Source: Macrostomum hystrix (taxonomy: Eukaryota; Animalia; Platyhelminthes). Taken from it: a stretch of DNA of 64,000 nt. The stretch lies in the NCBI GenBank assembly GCA_950097015.1, contig CATNEN010000001.1, forward strand, positions 26,226,001 through 26,290,000, read 5' to 3'. The notes beneath the pieces were generated by a model. The model was not told the origin of the DNA. It saw only the letters and a list, made by a program, of their open reading frames with translations, and ran no database searches. This document shows positions 36,275-48,974 of the stretch, in pieces (position 1 is the first letter of the stretch; every line of letters starts with the position of its first letter). Position numbers and translations under genes: made by a program.

Positions 36275-37075
36275 ACTGATAAATAGAATGCTGAGAGATG
36301 ATGAGACTGCCGAGAGAGGGTGAGACTGCTGAGAGGGTGAGACTGCCGAGAGAGGGTGAGACTACTGAGAGGGTGAGACTGCTGAGAGAGAGTGAGACTG
36401 CTGAGAGAGGGTAAGACTGCTGAGAGAGGGTGAGACTGCTGAGAGAGGGTGAGACTGCCGAGAGAGGGTGAGACTACTGAGAGAGGGTGAGACTGCTGAG
36501 AGAGGGTGAGACTGCTGAGAGAGGGTGAGACTGCTGAGAGAGAGGGTGAGACTGCTGAGAGAGAGGGTGAGACTGCTGAGAGAGGGTAAGACTGCTGAGA
36601 GAGGGTGAGACTACTGAGAGGGTGAGACTGCTGAGAGAGAGGGTGAGACTGCTGAGAGAGAGGGTGAGACTGCTGAGAGAGGGTGAGACTGCTGAGAGAG
36701 GGTGAGACTGCTGAGAGAGAGGGTGAGACTGCTGAGAGAGAGGGTGAGACTGCTGAGAGAGGGTGAGACTGCTGAGAGAGGGTGAGACTGCTGAGAGAGA
36801 GGGTGAGACTGCTGAGAGAGAGGGTGAGACTGCTGAGAGAGGGTGAGACTGCTGAGAGAGGGTGAGACTGCTGAGAGAGAGGGTGAGACTGCTGAGAGAG
36901 GGTGAGACTGCTGAGAGAGGGTGAGACTGCTGAGAGAGGGTGAGACTGCTGAGAGAGGGTGAGACTGCTGAGAGAGGGTGAGACTGCTGAGAGAGGGTGA
37001 GACTGCTGAGAGAGGGTGAGACTGCTGAGAGAGGGTGAGACTGCTGAGAGAGGGTGAGACTGCTGAGAGGGTGAC
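36275..37075. repeat. 19-21-bp minisatellite (gggtgagactgctgagaga)
   Basis: About 40 tandem units. Confidence 0.97.
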
Positions 37076-37170
37076 ACACCTTGCAGACTACAATAATTTC
37101 TATTGATTTACAGCTGCTAGCAGCCTAGCTGAGTTTCGCCAGTCCATCAGCGCCAGTGCCATCAGCAGCC

Positions 37171-37566
37171 ATGGAGGAGCTGGGAGGTCGCTGCTTTAAG
37201 TGCGGCTTCCACGGGCACTACTCCTTCCAGTGTCGCAACATTATCAACGGGGCCGAGATGGCCCTGGACGTCAGCAGCACCTCCTCCGAGGACGAGGGCG
37301 GCAAGGCGGCTCCGAGGCGCGACCGCTCCAGATCGCCGCTCAGATCCGCCGACAAGAAAGCCAAGAAGAAGCACAAGAAGAAAGACGAGAAAAAGAAGAA
37401 GATTAAGAAGTCGAAGAAGAAGGACGAAAGCAGGAAGCGGCGATCGCGCAGGTCGGACTCGACTTCTGGAGACGAGTCGGCCAGCTCCGCTGCCTCCTCC
37501 GGTTCCTCTTCTTCGTCAGCGAAGAAGCCAAAGAAGAAGAGCAAGAAGAAGGAGAAGAAGAAGTGA
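37171..37566 (+). CDS. SREK1IP1: SREK1-interacting protein 1 (p18SRP), zinc knuckle plus Lys/Ser-rich tail, 131 aa
   Basis: CFKCGFHGHYSFQCRN...LDVSSTSSED matches the SREK1IP1 CCHC knuckle and LDVSSTSSED motif; Kozak-like gccATGg. Confidence 0.85.
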   Translation: MEELGGRCFKCGFHGHYSFQCRNIINGAEMALDVSSTSSEDEGGKAAPRRDRSRSPLRSADKKAKKKHKKKDEKKKKIKKSKKKDESRKRRSRRSDSTSGDESASSAASSGSSSSSAKKPKKKSKKKEKKK

Positions 37567-37599
37567 GGGCCTCTTTAGCTGGAACCTGACTCTGCGAAA

Positions 37600-37930
37600 T
37601 CCCTCAGAGCCTCACCCCCTCAGTCCTGTCGCAAATCCCCTCATTCATATCCCAAATCCGTCATTCATATCCCAAATCCCCTCAGACCTGTCCCGAATCC
37701 CCTCAGTCCTGTCCCAAATCCGCTCAGTTATGTGCCAAATCCCCACAGTCATGTCCTAAATCCCCTCAGCCCTGTCCCAAATCCCCTCAGCCCTGTCCCA
37801 AATCCACTCGTTCATGTCCCAAATCCCTTCAGCCCTGTCCCAAATCCCCTCAGCCCTGTCCCAAATCCCTTCAGCCCTGTCCAAAATCCCCTTAGCCCTG
37901 TCCCGAATCCCCTCAGTTCTGTCCCAAATC
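37600..37930. repeat. 21-bp minisatellite (ccctcagccctgtcccaaatc) in the SREK1IP1 3' region
   Basis: Visible tandem units. Confidence 0.9.
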
Positions 37931-38547
37931 GCCAGATTCCTTCAGAATCTCAGCTGTTATCCCCGATCGGGTTTTGTGAGGCATGCCATTACGCTAATCT
38001 ATCAGTACTATTATGTAATTATGTAATTATACAGTGTATGTACACTGATTGTGGCAGCGAACCAAATGATGCGTTAGTGCTCTAGTTTTAACAAATGATT
38101 TGCTGCGGTGTTAACATGGCTGCCTTTATTAGTCATTCTATACATTTCATACTCATTTTTATCTTAAGGCTGTCAAGTAAATATACAGTGAACAGTTTTT
38201 AACCTTGTAATATAATGTGCGCATTGAAAGTACTTAGATCAACTGTCGAAATTAATTTGGAAGGTTAAATTAAATTTAACTTTGCTTTACCACAAAATTT
38301 CTGACAAAATTTTCGCAGCTTCCAGTTTAATCAGTTGTCTTAGGCTTCTTTTCCACCAGCAAGAATAAATAGACACCTAACACCTTAAATTAATAAAGTA
38401 ATAACAGACATAATGCCAAGGTGGTGCATATCATTAGCCAGCAAGCCTAGCCATGTTCAGGCTATTAAGTTAACATGAACGAACCGCTTGTTTACATCTA
38501 GGAGGCCACTGAAAGTATTTGTGGCTATTAAGGCACTTGCATGTAAT

Positions 38548-38930
38548 TCAGAATTGCTTCGGTTGACCCAGATGTAAAATGGGTACAAGCAGTCTAATGA
38601 GTCTGCCTCTCGAACCAAGGTCCTGAGCTCGAATCCTGGGCGAGGCCACGTTCATTTGGGGCGCAGCCGAGGAGAGAAGGCTTGTGGGCTTGCTGTGCAA
38701 TTTGCGCAATTGAGGGCCAACCTCCAAGGCACAGTGAGAGTGTATGCACTGACGGCCTGAAGATGGGAAAGTCACTGCCACACTAACTCCAGACTTAAAG
38801 GTCGGGGGTTCGACTCCCGACTTCACTGGAACAACATCTGTCCTTGTGAAATGGGTAGCAGCATTACGCTCGTAGCTGGGGTAATGGAGGATGGGTTTGG
38901 CGCCTCCCCCCACAGTCCATGGACTGAACA
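38548..38930 (+). mobile_element. Cluster of SINE fragments
   Basis: B-box-like ggttcgactccc (~38808) and tail cagtccatggactgaac shared with the SINE at 59949; 38620-38692 matches the reverse complement of 55134-55203. Confidence 0.6.
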
Positions 38931-39030
38931 GCGAGTTAGCCTGGTGGATGGAAAATGACAGTCACCTGTTAGACAGTGGGGTTTTACCCGCCAACAGCTT
39001 CATCACTTGTCAAAAGCATAAAGTGAGCAG

Positions 39031-42000
39031 TTATACTCGTGTCAGTCCTTGTCGAGCTCCAGAGCTACTCTCAGTGGTCCTGCTGCTCATATAACTGTAC
39101 CTCTGTATCTGCGGCCACACAATGCTGGCATTGAGCACAAGCTCACTCAGCGGTTTGCCCGCCGCAGTTGTGCTGTCGTGCCGCAGGCCCACCGCGTCCA
39201 GCCCTGGCTGCGTGCCAAGGCTGATGGCACTCGAGTTCCAGCTCCGAGTGTCCGCTGACAGCAATCCATTGCAGGCCTTCCATCTGGTTGAGTAGACTGC
39301 GGCTAGGCTTGGCCACTGCTCGAGCTGCTGGCACAGCAGCAGTAAGGTCTCCGGCTGGCGCAGGGTGGGTGCGAAATACTCCCAGGGCAGCAGGCGCACA
39401 CTCCGCTCCGGTTCGTATCGTTCTGCACCGGGTGTTGCTGACTGCTGCTGCTGCTGCTGCCACAGCTGGTGACAGTCCGTCAGGAAGCCTTCGTCCAAGC
39501 TGAAGTCTGCGGGGGGTTGGCAGCCCTGGTGTGTGAGCCTTCTCGTCTACTGTCTACCCCCACTGCCTCCCCAACTGCCTCCCCCACTGCCTCCCCCACT
39601 GCCTCCCCCACTGCCTCCCCCCACTGCCTCCCCCACTGCCTCCCCAACTGCCTCCCCCACTGCCTCCCTCCATTGTCTCCCTCCGCTGTCTCCCTCCGCT
39701 GTCTCCCTCCACTGTCTAACCCCACTTTCTACCTCCATTGTCTACCTCCGCTGTCTACCTCCGCTGTCTACCTCTACTGTCTCCCTCCGCTGTCTACCTC
39801 TACTGTCTCCCTCCGCTATCTCCCACCGCTGTCTCCCTCTTCCTCCTGTATCCCCAGCGCCAACCGTCTCTAAGTGACCGCCTCCGGTGCAGGACGTCCA
39901 TGGCGTGCTGGAACCAGGCCGCCCTAGCTGGCGAACCCATCGCCGCCTGGGTGAGCTTGAACTGCGGTCGGTTCTCCAGGATCATGTGGTTCTCCGGCCG
40001 CTCCAGCGCCAGGAAGGTCGCCCAGTTCGCCGCTTCCAAGGCTGCGTCCAGCGGCTTCAGGCACTCGACGCTGGGGTCCAGGAACACCCCTAGGATGCCA
40101 CGGTGGAGTCAGAAAATTCCAATTTTGTAATGCCTTCTGTCACCCTTCTTTTCCATTCTGCCTTCTCCCGTCTGTTTCCCCTTCTCCGTTTTCTCCTCTG
40201 TCTTCTCCACTCTGTCTTCTTCCCTCTGTCTTCTTCCCTCTGTCTTCTTCCCTCTGGAAATCTAGGGGCTAGGGGGTCATTTTGCCGGTACTGTGAATTA
40301 GCATGGCAACCTCCAAGGCGCAGTACGAATGTACTTTACCTGGCGATGATTAAGTCTCAGAGCAGATGTACAAACACACGTGCGCGTATGTGCTAAGGAG
40401 TCACTGGAACTCTACAGAATTGCCAACTCAATCTACTGCCGGTCGTCTGTCACCAAAGTCTGTGCCAGTGCGAATAGCTCTCCTCAAAATTCTATTATTA
40501 CAAGCCTCATGAGAAAATCTACCCAGAAATTTAGCACGAATTCAACTCGGCCTTGGCCAGTGTTGGTGGATTTTTTTACGTTTTTACCCAACCAAAGTTG
40601 AGGCTGATTATTTCCGTAATTTATTTGCAAATGCAATGAGCAAGCTGGCCTGCTAGCTGATGATTTTTCGCCAGCCTAATTCTTTATTTGTCACTTTATA
40701 TCAACCTTCGTGATAGTTCTGCTGAGTCACTCTAAACTAATTTTGGTCACTCTTATTCAAGATTTTTCACTCTTATGTTATTGGTCACTCTTATGTTATT
40801 GGTCACTCTTATGTTATATTTGTCACTCTTATGTTATTGGTCAGTCTTATGTTATTGGTCACTCTTATTCAAGATTGGTCACTCTTATTCAATATTTGTC
40901 ACTCTTATTCAATATTGGTCACTCTTATTCAATATTTGTCACTCTTATTCAAGATTGGGCACTCTTATTCAAGATTTGTCACTCTTATGTTATTGGTCAC
41001 TCTTATGTTATTGGTCACTCTTATGTTATATTTGTCACTCTTATGTTATTGGTCAGTCTTATGTTATTGGTCACTCTTATTCAAGATTGGTCACTCTTAT
41101 TCAATATTTGTCACTCTTATTCAAGATTGGTCACTCTTATTCAATATTTGTCACTCTTATTCAAGATTGGGCACTCTTATTCAAGATTTGTCACTCTTAT
41201 GTTATTGGTCACTCTTATGTTATTGGTCACTCTTATGTTATATTTGTCACTCTTATGTTATTGGTCAGTCTTATGTTATTGGTCACTCTTATTCAAGATT
41301 GGTCACTCTTATTCAATATTTGTCACTCTTATTCAAGATTGGTCACTCTTATTCAATATTTGTCACTCTTATTCAAGATTGGGCACTCTTATTCAAGATT
41401 GGTCACTCTTATTCAAGACTTGTCACTCTTATTTAAGATTTGTCACTCTTATTCAATATTTGTCACTCTTATTCAAGATTAGGCACTCTTATTCAAGATT
41501 GGGCACTCTTATTCAAGATTGGTCACTCTTATTCAAGACTTGTCACTCTTATTCAAGACTTGTCACTCTTATTCAAGATTTGTCACTCTTATTCAAGATT
41601 TGTCACTCTTATTCAAGATTTGTCACTCTTATTCAAGATTTGTCACTCCTATTCAAGATTAGTCACTCTTTTATTCAAGATTTGTCACTCTTTTATTCAA
41701 GACTTGTCACTTTTATTCAAGATTTGTCACTCTTTTATTCAAGATTTGTCACTCTTATTCAAGAATAGTCACTCTTATTCAGACTTGTCACTCTTTTATT
41801 CAAGATTTGTCACTCTTATTCAAGATTGGTCACTCTTTTATTCAAGATTTGTCACTCTTATTCAAGATTGGTCACTCTGTTATTCAAGATTTGTCACTCT
41901 TATTCAAGATTTGTCACTCTTATTCAAGATTTGTCACTCTTATTCAAGATTTGTCACTCTTATTCAAGATTTGTCACTCTTATTCAAGATTGGTCACTCT

Positions 42001-42935
42001 TATTCAAGATTGGTCACTTTTATTGAAGTTTAGTCACTCTCAATAGTCACGATCAAGAAATGACGATTCGCCACTAAAATCGAAGATTGGTCACTCTAAA
42101 AATGCGCATCTGTCACCCTGATTAACGGTTGGTCACTCCATAGCTCACCGCCCATGCTGTAGAGCACGGGATACCTCGCCATGACCTGCCGCTCAGCCTG
42201 AGTCGCGCTCTCTGAGTACAGTCTGAGCAGTGCCGGCGACTCCCTGACCAGCAGCTCCCGGACATCCCAGTCTGTCCACAGGTGCACGGTCCATCCGGGA
42301 TTGAGCGACATGCAGCTGTTCATCAGCTGACCGAGCACAGCCGGCACCATCTCCGTCTCGCTGACAAAGTGCAGCAGCCGAGGCACCATCGTTGACGGAT
42401 GGCGCGCCGGCTGAAGGTTGCCGCCGAAGCTTAGCACGAAAAAAACAACGGCTGCCGCTGCTGCTGCCTGGCATTGAGAACGGTTTGCAATGAGATTCTT
42501 ATTTAATTAGACCCGGTTAGGTCTTCTTGTCACATATTAATGACCACCAAGGATCTTCTTGTACTCCTATGACCAAGCTTCTTGCACTCCTATGACCAAG
42601 AATATTGTACTCCTATGACCAAGCATCTTCTTGTACTCCTATGACCAAGCATCTTCTTGTACTCCTATGACCAAGAATCTTCTTGTACTCCTATGACCAA
42701 GAATATTGTACTCCTATGACCAAGAATATTGTACTCCTATGACCAAGAATATTGTACTCCTATGACCAAGAATATTGTACTCCTATGACCAAGAATATTG
42801 TACTCCTATGACCAAGAATATTATGTACAGAGTATTGTACATGAATGACCCAGAACTCACCGTCACTAGCGTGGCCACATGCAGCAGTTGAATCCTTCTT
42901 CGCAGGACTCCTCGAAGCTGTCGTTGTGGCGACAT
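39031..42935 (-). CDS. GT32-family (DxD sugar-binding / OCH1 / A4GalT-like) type II membrane glycosyltransferase-like protein; exons 42935-42861, 42467-42149, 40089-39865, 39506-39031; ~364 aa
   Basis: MSPQRQLRGVLRRR plus TM segment IQLLHVATLVTAAAAAAVVFFVLSF; VPRLLHFV, SCMSLNPGWTVHLWTD, RYPVLYSMGGVFLD, VECLKPL and LLPWEYFAP are GT32-like motifs; exon phases match. The 3' end is less certain. Confidence 0.75.
39548..39850. repeat. 12-13-bp C-rich repeats in GT32 gene intron 3
   Basis: (cccccactgcct)n grading into (ctccgctgtctac)n. Confidence 0.85.
40744..42060. repeat. 18/20-bp minisatellite (ttgtcactcttattcaagat) with a 212-bp higher-order repeat, in GT32 gene intron 2
   Basis: Diagnostic variant ggtcagtctt recurs at 40839, 41051 and 41263. 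Confidence 0.95.
42556..42825. repeat. 23-bp minisatellite (tgtactcctatgaccaagaatat) in GT32 gene intron 1
   Basis: Visible tandem units. Confidence 0.92.
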
Positions 42936-43418
42936 GACTGGCAACTTTGCAAAACGGCAACAAACATGTATAGTTCAAGTTTTTGAAAGGCGCATTTCTC
43001 AGCTTTTCAACTTAAATCTTAGGAATGAACCTACTCTCTCTCTCTCTCTCTCTCTGTCACCCTCCCTCCGCGTGTCCACGCCGTGTAAAGATTTATTGGA
43101 TCAGAAAGCGAATAAAAATTTACACACGGTTCCAAAATGTACGCGTGTGTACTTAGAAGCATCCATTGTTTTGAGTTCATTCAACAGTGGCCAGAATTGA
43201 ATCATTTTGATTGCCCAGCAGTGGACTGTTCATTGTGGACTGACGGCTCTCCAGATGGCTACATTTTAACACTGATTTTCTGCTTCCTTTTTTGTCCGTT
43301 GCTTGCTTCAGTTTCAAGAGAAACAGGGAGACATTGTGAATGTGAGAGTTGCTTTAATCTTGAGAAGGGAGAATATTTTATTCTAGCTGACTTCCCCACT
43401 CGTAAACGGTACAGCCTA

Positions 43419-44186
43419 CCGGGTGGCCCATGCGTTTAAGGACAACTTAAAAATAATAAAATGTATATACATTTTTATTATAAAAACAACCAACAAACGA
43501 AAACTTTAACATTTTAACTGACCGCCATAATGTCTAGATGGCAACTAAAAATAACATGTACTCAGTGTAGCCCCCCTCCGCTGCATACACGGCTTCAATG
43601 CGAGACCGAAACTTGGTACAGGCACCTCTGATGACGGCAGGGCCCTGAGCTGACCAGGCAGCACTAACAGCAACTTGGAGAGTCTCCACGGTAGCATAAG
43701 TTGTTAAACATGCAACGCGGGCCACGTTCTTCCACACAAAGTAATCGAGAGGGGAACAGTCTGGACTCGATGGTGGCCAAGTGGTCGCATCCCAGAAGTC
43801 CTCGCCGAGCTCCCGGCGAAGAAATTCTTGAGTAGCGACAGCCGTGTGGGCAGGAGCGCCGTCCTGCTGAAAAACAAACGTACCTGGGGCAAAGTTGTGT
43901 CGAATCCATGGCAGTACATGATCCTGCAGCATGCGGATGTACTCGGCTGAGTTGATTTTCACTCCAGCTGGTACCTGTGCTGGGCTTATACCCCGCGCGA
44001 GCTGGTCTACCACCATCAAACGTTTAGCGCGATTCATGGCTAATGCTAAGTTGCCGAAAATTTTCGCGGCAGCTACAGACTATATAGATACTATTTTGTC
44101 TATGACCAATACTATTATGCTCTAGCTACCGCTGGCTTTGCTTTCTTCTATTTTTAAGGTTGTCCTTAAACGCATGGACCACCCGG
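43419..44186 (-). mobile_element. Internally deleted Tc1/mariner element (maT-like DDxD)
   Basis: TA|ccgggtggcccatgcgtttaaggacaac ... gttgtccttaaacgcatggaccacccgg|TA; ORF 43534-44037 has KINSAEY, FQQDGAPAH and WPPSSPDCSPLDYFVW. Confidence 0.93.
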
Positions 44187-44291
44187 TAGGTCAAGCAGAT
44201 TGTCTAGTATATCCTGTGCTGCAGACCTCAAAATTGACTGTTTTCTTAATTCTAAATTTTTTTCAGAGAAATTACCGCTAAGAGCTAAAAA

Positions 44292-44845
44292 TGATTCAAT
44301 GACGATTCCTGACTGCTCATAAAGATTCAATGACGATTCCTGACTGCTCATAAAGATTCAATGACGATTCCTGACTGCTCATAAAGATTCAATGACGATT
44401 CCTGACTGCTCATAAAGATTCAATGACGATTCCTGACTGCTCATAAAGATTCAATGACCATTCCTGACTGCTCACAAAGATTCAATGACCATTCCTGACT
44501 GCTCATAAACATTCAATGACCATTCCTGACTGCTCATCAAGATTCAATGACCATTCCTGACTGCTCATAAAGATTCAATGACGATTCCTGACTGCCCATG
44601 AAGAATCAAGTACCATTCCTGACTGCTCATCAAGATTCAATGACCATTCCTGACTGCTCAAAAAAGATTCAATGACCATTCCTGACTGCTCATAAAGATT
44701 CAATGACCATTTCTGACTGCTCATAAAGATTCAATGACCATTCCTGACTGCTCATGAAGAATCAAGTACCATTCCTGACTGCTCATAATGATTGAGTGAC
44801 CATTCGTAACAGCTCATAACAATCCAATGACCATCCTTGAATGCT
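44292..44845. repeat. 31-bp minisatellite (gattcaatgacgattcctgactgctcataaa)
   Basis: About 17 tandem units. Confidence 0.95.
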
Positions 44846-45475
44846 CATTAAAATCCCAGCTGAGCCACCCGCTGCTTCAGTTTTAATTTCCCTTCTCTGC
44901 AGATTTTTGTCTTCACCATCCAAGAAGGCAGAATCTAATTAGAGATTTGGGGATAAATTTCTAGAACTGGGAGGGGCCGAGGTGAGGGACAGTCGGTGCT
45001 GGGTCTCCTGCTGCAACTGCTTATTAGGCAGGGAGCCGGGTGCCTTGGGATTTCGCCCTGCTCAATTTATCCCCTGACTCCGCATGCAGTTTTCCCCTCG
45101 CGCTAGCAAAAAAAACAAAAATTTCAGTTTAATTTAAGCAGAGCAGTTACTATGAGCAGTGACGCAGTGAGGAGGTCGCACTCATTTTGGCTGAGGATTA
45201 ATCTACGAGCTTTATCTGCGCCCAGTCTGGAGCTGTCCATCCTGAGGCCTCCTAAAATATGGGAGGACTCAGCCAGCATTCCCGAGTCTCCCATTTGAAA
45301 TCCCACAGCCTGTACACAGAGATAGGCGAGCGAATTCGCGATCAGAAAATAAAGAATTTATTCCTTAAAATACTAGCCAAGAGAATTCTAGGCATTGAAT
45401 TTGAATTTCCATTCGATGTCAAATCGCTACAGGGAACTGATGCATTCTTGTCTGGTTTGGCACGTCCAACGACAA

Positions 45476-45960
45476 CCTGTTAGACAGAAACTGCAACCTG
45501 TTAGACAGAAATTGCAACCTGTTAGACACAAACTAGAATCTGTTAGACAGAAACTAGAATTTGTTAGACAGAAACTAAAACCTGTTAGACACAAACTGCA
45601 ATATGTTAGACACAATCTACAGTCTGTTAGACACAATATGCAGTCTGTTAGACACAATCTGCAGTCTGTTAGACACAATATGCAGTCTGTTAGACACAAT
45701 ATGCAACCTGTTAGACACAATATGCAATCTGTTAGACACAATATGCAACCTGTTAGACACAATATGCAGTCTGTTAGGCACAATATGCAGTCTGTTAGAC
45801 ACAACATGCAACCTGTTAGACACAATATGCAGTCTGTTAGACACAATATGCAACCTGTTAGACACAATATGCAGTCTGTTAGACACAATATGCAGTCTGT
45901 TAGACACAATATGCAACCTGTTAGACACAATATGCAGTCTTTTTGACACAACTGCAATCT
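45476..45960. repeat. 21-bp minisatellite (ctgttagacacaatatgcagt)
   Basis: About 23 tandem units. Confidence 0.95.
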
Positions 45961-46569
45961 GCAATTTCAGCCGGCTAAACTCAGCCGCGATAAAGCTTAG
46001 CTCAGATCCCTACTAATATTTCTACCTCAGCTTGCGAAACTTCAATCAATAGATTTGGCTTCCTCATTTTATGCCCTGGCGGCTTGTGTTTCCCTGATGC
46101 TAACGGCACGTCGCACTGCTATGCCAAAAATCAAATAGTTCTTCCCTTTCGGATGGGATTAGAATCAGAATCCCCTAAAAATAGCAAAGCGGTGACTACC
46201 TGCTTGATGAATCTCTCGAAAAGTGTGCTCAACGAGCTCTTCCCGCCTGTCCGTCTGTCTCGGCGGGAGCAGCAGTCGGCGAATCATTCGATACGGCTCT
46301 CGAGCGCGCTGCAACTAGCAGCCCAAGGATAATGTTCTTTGTAATGAGCGGGCTGGAAATTACTCAGAACTGAGGCCGACTGACTCTCTGTCCACGTCTC
46401 CTTACTCAAACCTGAATCCATCTTTGCACTGCTCAGTTGAGCTTCTTTCACGTTTGAGCAGTATCTTCTGAGCCGTGTACTTTTCTCGTAGGATTCTAGA
46501 CTCTCTTTGCTGCCGTATTTCACATTAATTTTTCTGCAACATGTAGGGCGCTAAAAGTTTCCTGTCCCT

Positions 46570-48150
46570 CATCTTCCTCTCCCCATCTTCCTCGCCCGCA
46601 TCTCCCTCTCCCTATCTTCCTCTCCTTATCTTCTTCTCCCCATCTTCCTCTCCCCCATCTTCCTCTCCCCATCTTCCTCTCCACCCCATCTTCCTCTCCC
46701 CATCTTCCTCTCCCCATTTTCCTCTCCCCATCTTTCTCTCCCCCATCTTCCTCTCCCCATCTTCCTCTCCAACCAATCTTCCTCTCCCCATCTTTCTCTC
46801 CCCATCTTTCTCTCCCCATCTTCCTCTCCAACCCATCTTCCTCTCCCCATCTTTCTCTCCCCATCTTTCTCTCCCCCATCTTCCTCTCCAACCCATCCTC
46901 CTCTCCCCATCTTCCTATCCCCCATCTTCCTCTCCCCATCTTTCTCTCCCCCATCTTCCTCTCCCCATCTTCCTCTCCAACCAATCTTCCTCTCCCCATC
47001 TTCCTCTCCCCCATCTTCCTTTCGTCATCTTCTTCTCCCCCATCTTCCTCTCCCCATCTTCCTCTCCCCATCTTCCTCTCCCCATCTTCCTCTCCCCATC
47101 TCCCTCTCCCCATCTTCCTCTCCACCCCATCTTCCTCTACCCATCTTCCTCTCCCCATCTTTCTCTCCCCCATCTTCCTCTCCCCCATCTCCCTCTCCCC
47201 ATCTTCCTCTCCACCCCATCTTCCTCTACCCATCTTCCTCTCCCCATCTTTCTCTCCCCCATCTTCCTCTCCCCCATCTTCCTCTCCCCATCTTCCTCTC
47301 CAACCAATCTTCCTCTCCCCATCTTTCTCTCCCCATCTTTCTCTCCCCATCTTCCTCTCCAACCCATCTTCCTCTCCCCATCTTTCTCTCCCCATCTTTC
47401 TCTCCCCCATCTTCCTCTCCAACCCATCCTCCTCTCCCCATCTTCCTATCCCCCATCTTCCTCTCCCCATCTTTCTCTCCCCCATCTTCCTCTCCCCATC
47501 TTCCTCTCCAACCAATCTTCCTCTCCCCATCTTCCTCTCCCCAATCTTCCTTTCGTCATCTTCTTCTCCCCCATCTTCCTCTCCCCATCTTCCTCTCCCC
47601 ATCTTCCTCTCCCCATCTTCCTCTCCCCATCTTCCTCTCCACATCTCCCTCTCCCTATCTTCCTCTCCTTATCTTCTTCTCCCCATCTTCCTCTCCCCCA
47701 TCTTCCTCTCCCCATCTTCCTCTCCACCCCATCTTCCTCTCCCCATCTTCCTCTCCCCATCTTCCTCTCCCCATCTTTCTCTCCCCCATCTTCCTCTCCA
47801 ACCAATCTTCCTCTCCCCATCTTTCTCTCCCCATCTTCCTCTCCCCATCTTCCTCTCCAACCCATCTTCCTCTCCCCATCTTTCTCTCCCCATCTTTCTC
47901 TCCCCCATCTTCCTCTCCAACCCATCTTCCTCTCCCCATCTTTCTATCCCCATCTTCCTCTCCCCATCTTTCTCTCCCCCATCTTCCTCTCCCCATCTTC
48001 CTCTCCAACCAATCTTCCTCTCCCCATCTTCCTCTCACCCATCTTCCTTTCGTTATCTTCCTCTCCCCATCTTCCTCTCCCCATCTTTCTCTCCCCATCT
48101 TCCTCTCCCCATCTTCCTCTCCCCATCTTCCTCTCTCCAATCTTCCTCTC
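46570..48150. repeat. ~15-bp polypyrimidine/polypurine minisatellite (ccccatcttcctctc)
   Basis: 1.6-kb array that is almost G-free on the plus strand, with block duplications. Confidence 0.95.
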
Positions 48151-48974
48151 CCTATTCCATTCCGTATTCTATGCCATTCCATTCCACTCGTATTATCTCA
48201 CCCAGATTACATTTCCAATGTCTCTCCAGATCCCCTTAAAATCCTTCATTCTGTCCCAAAGTGTCAGCCTTGACACTTGAGTCTCACTCGAGTCCCACTC
48301 AGTCTCAATTGAATGCTGTCAGGATGGGCAGAGATGAAACAAATCAGAAATCGACATATTTCATTATCCGGCCCTAGCAAACTAGCGGAAACTGAAAGCC
48401 GCACCCACTAACATGCCACTCACCGAAGCCACCTGTGCACAGTAAGAATGGAGCCTTGAGAACACCTGCTCAAACCCGACCCTCTGAGCACACAAAGCGT
48501 GGAATAAAATAATGCCCAGCAGTTTTAACTGACTCGCAGATATTTCACCCACTTCTTTGGAATCTGCTTTCAAAGAAACTAGCGGCAATTGCTTTCAGCT
48601 CATAATTCAGATAATCCAACTGCGACCTGACTCACCGCCCTTACTTTTAGCATCGGGGAGCGGTGAGGCCGTGAGGGATATAAAATTATGTTTTCAATTT
48701 GCTAATCAAACTCCCAAACTAAAATGGAAAAATAGATGTACGAGTATATTCACCATGCTTTGCAGTCAACAATGACATGTTTTGCAGTCTACAGAAATAC
48801 AATTTAGCCTAAAAGCTCATTAACTATGCAGGCCAAACTAAAACTGTGCAGGTCCAGGTGGTCCAGGTGGTCTGAACTGCCACATTATGCAAGCATAGAT
48901 AGTATAGCCTACTTGTGTCTGACTATAAACCATTGTATAGGGATACGATTGAGGGCTAAACTAGATTTGTCCTA

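Noticed and set aside
46190-46540. Coding-looking minus-strand segment (ORF 46284-46523)
   Set aside because: No recognisable homology, and no exon chain could be built; it could be an unrecognised exon or UTR.
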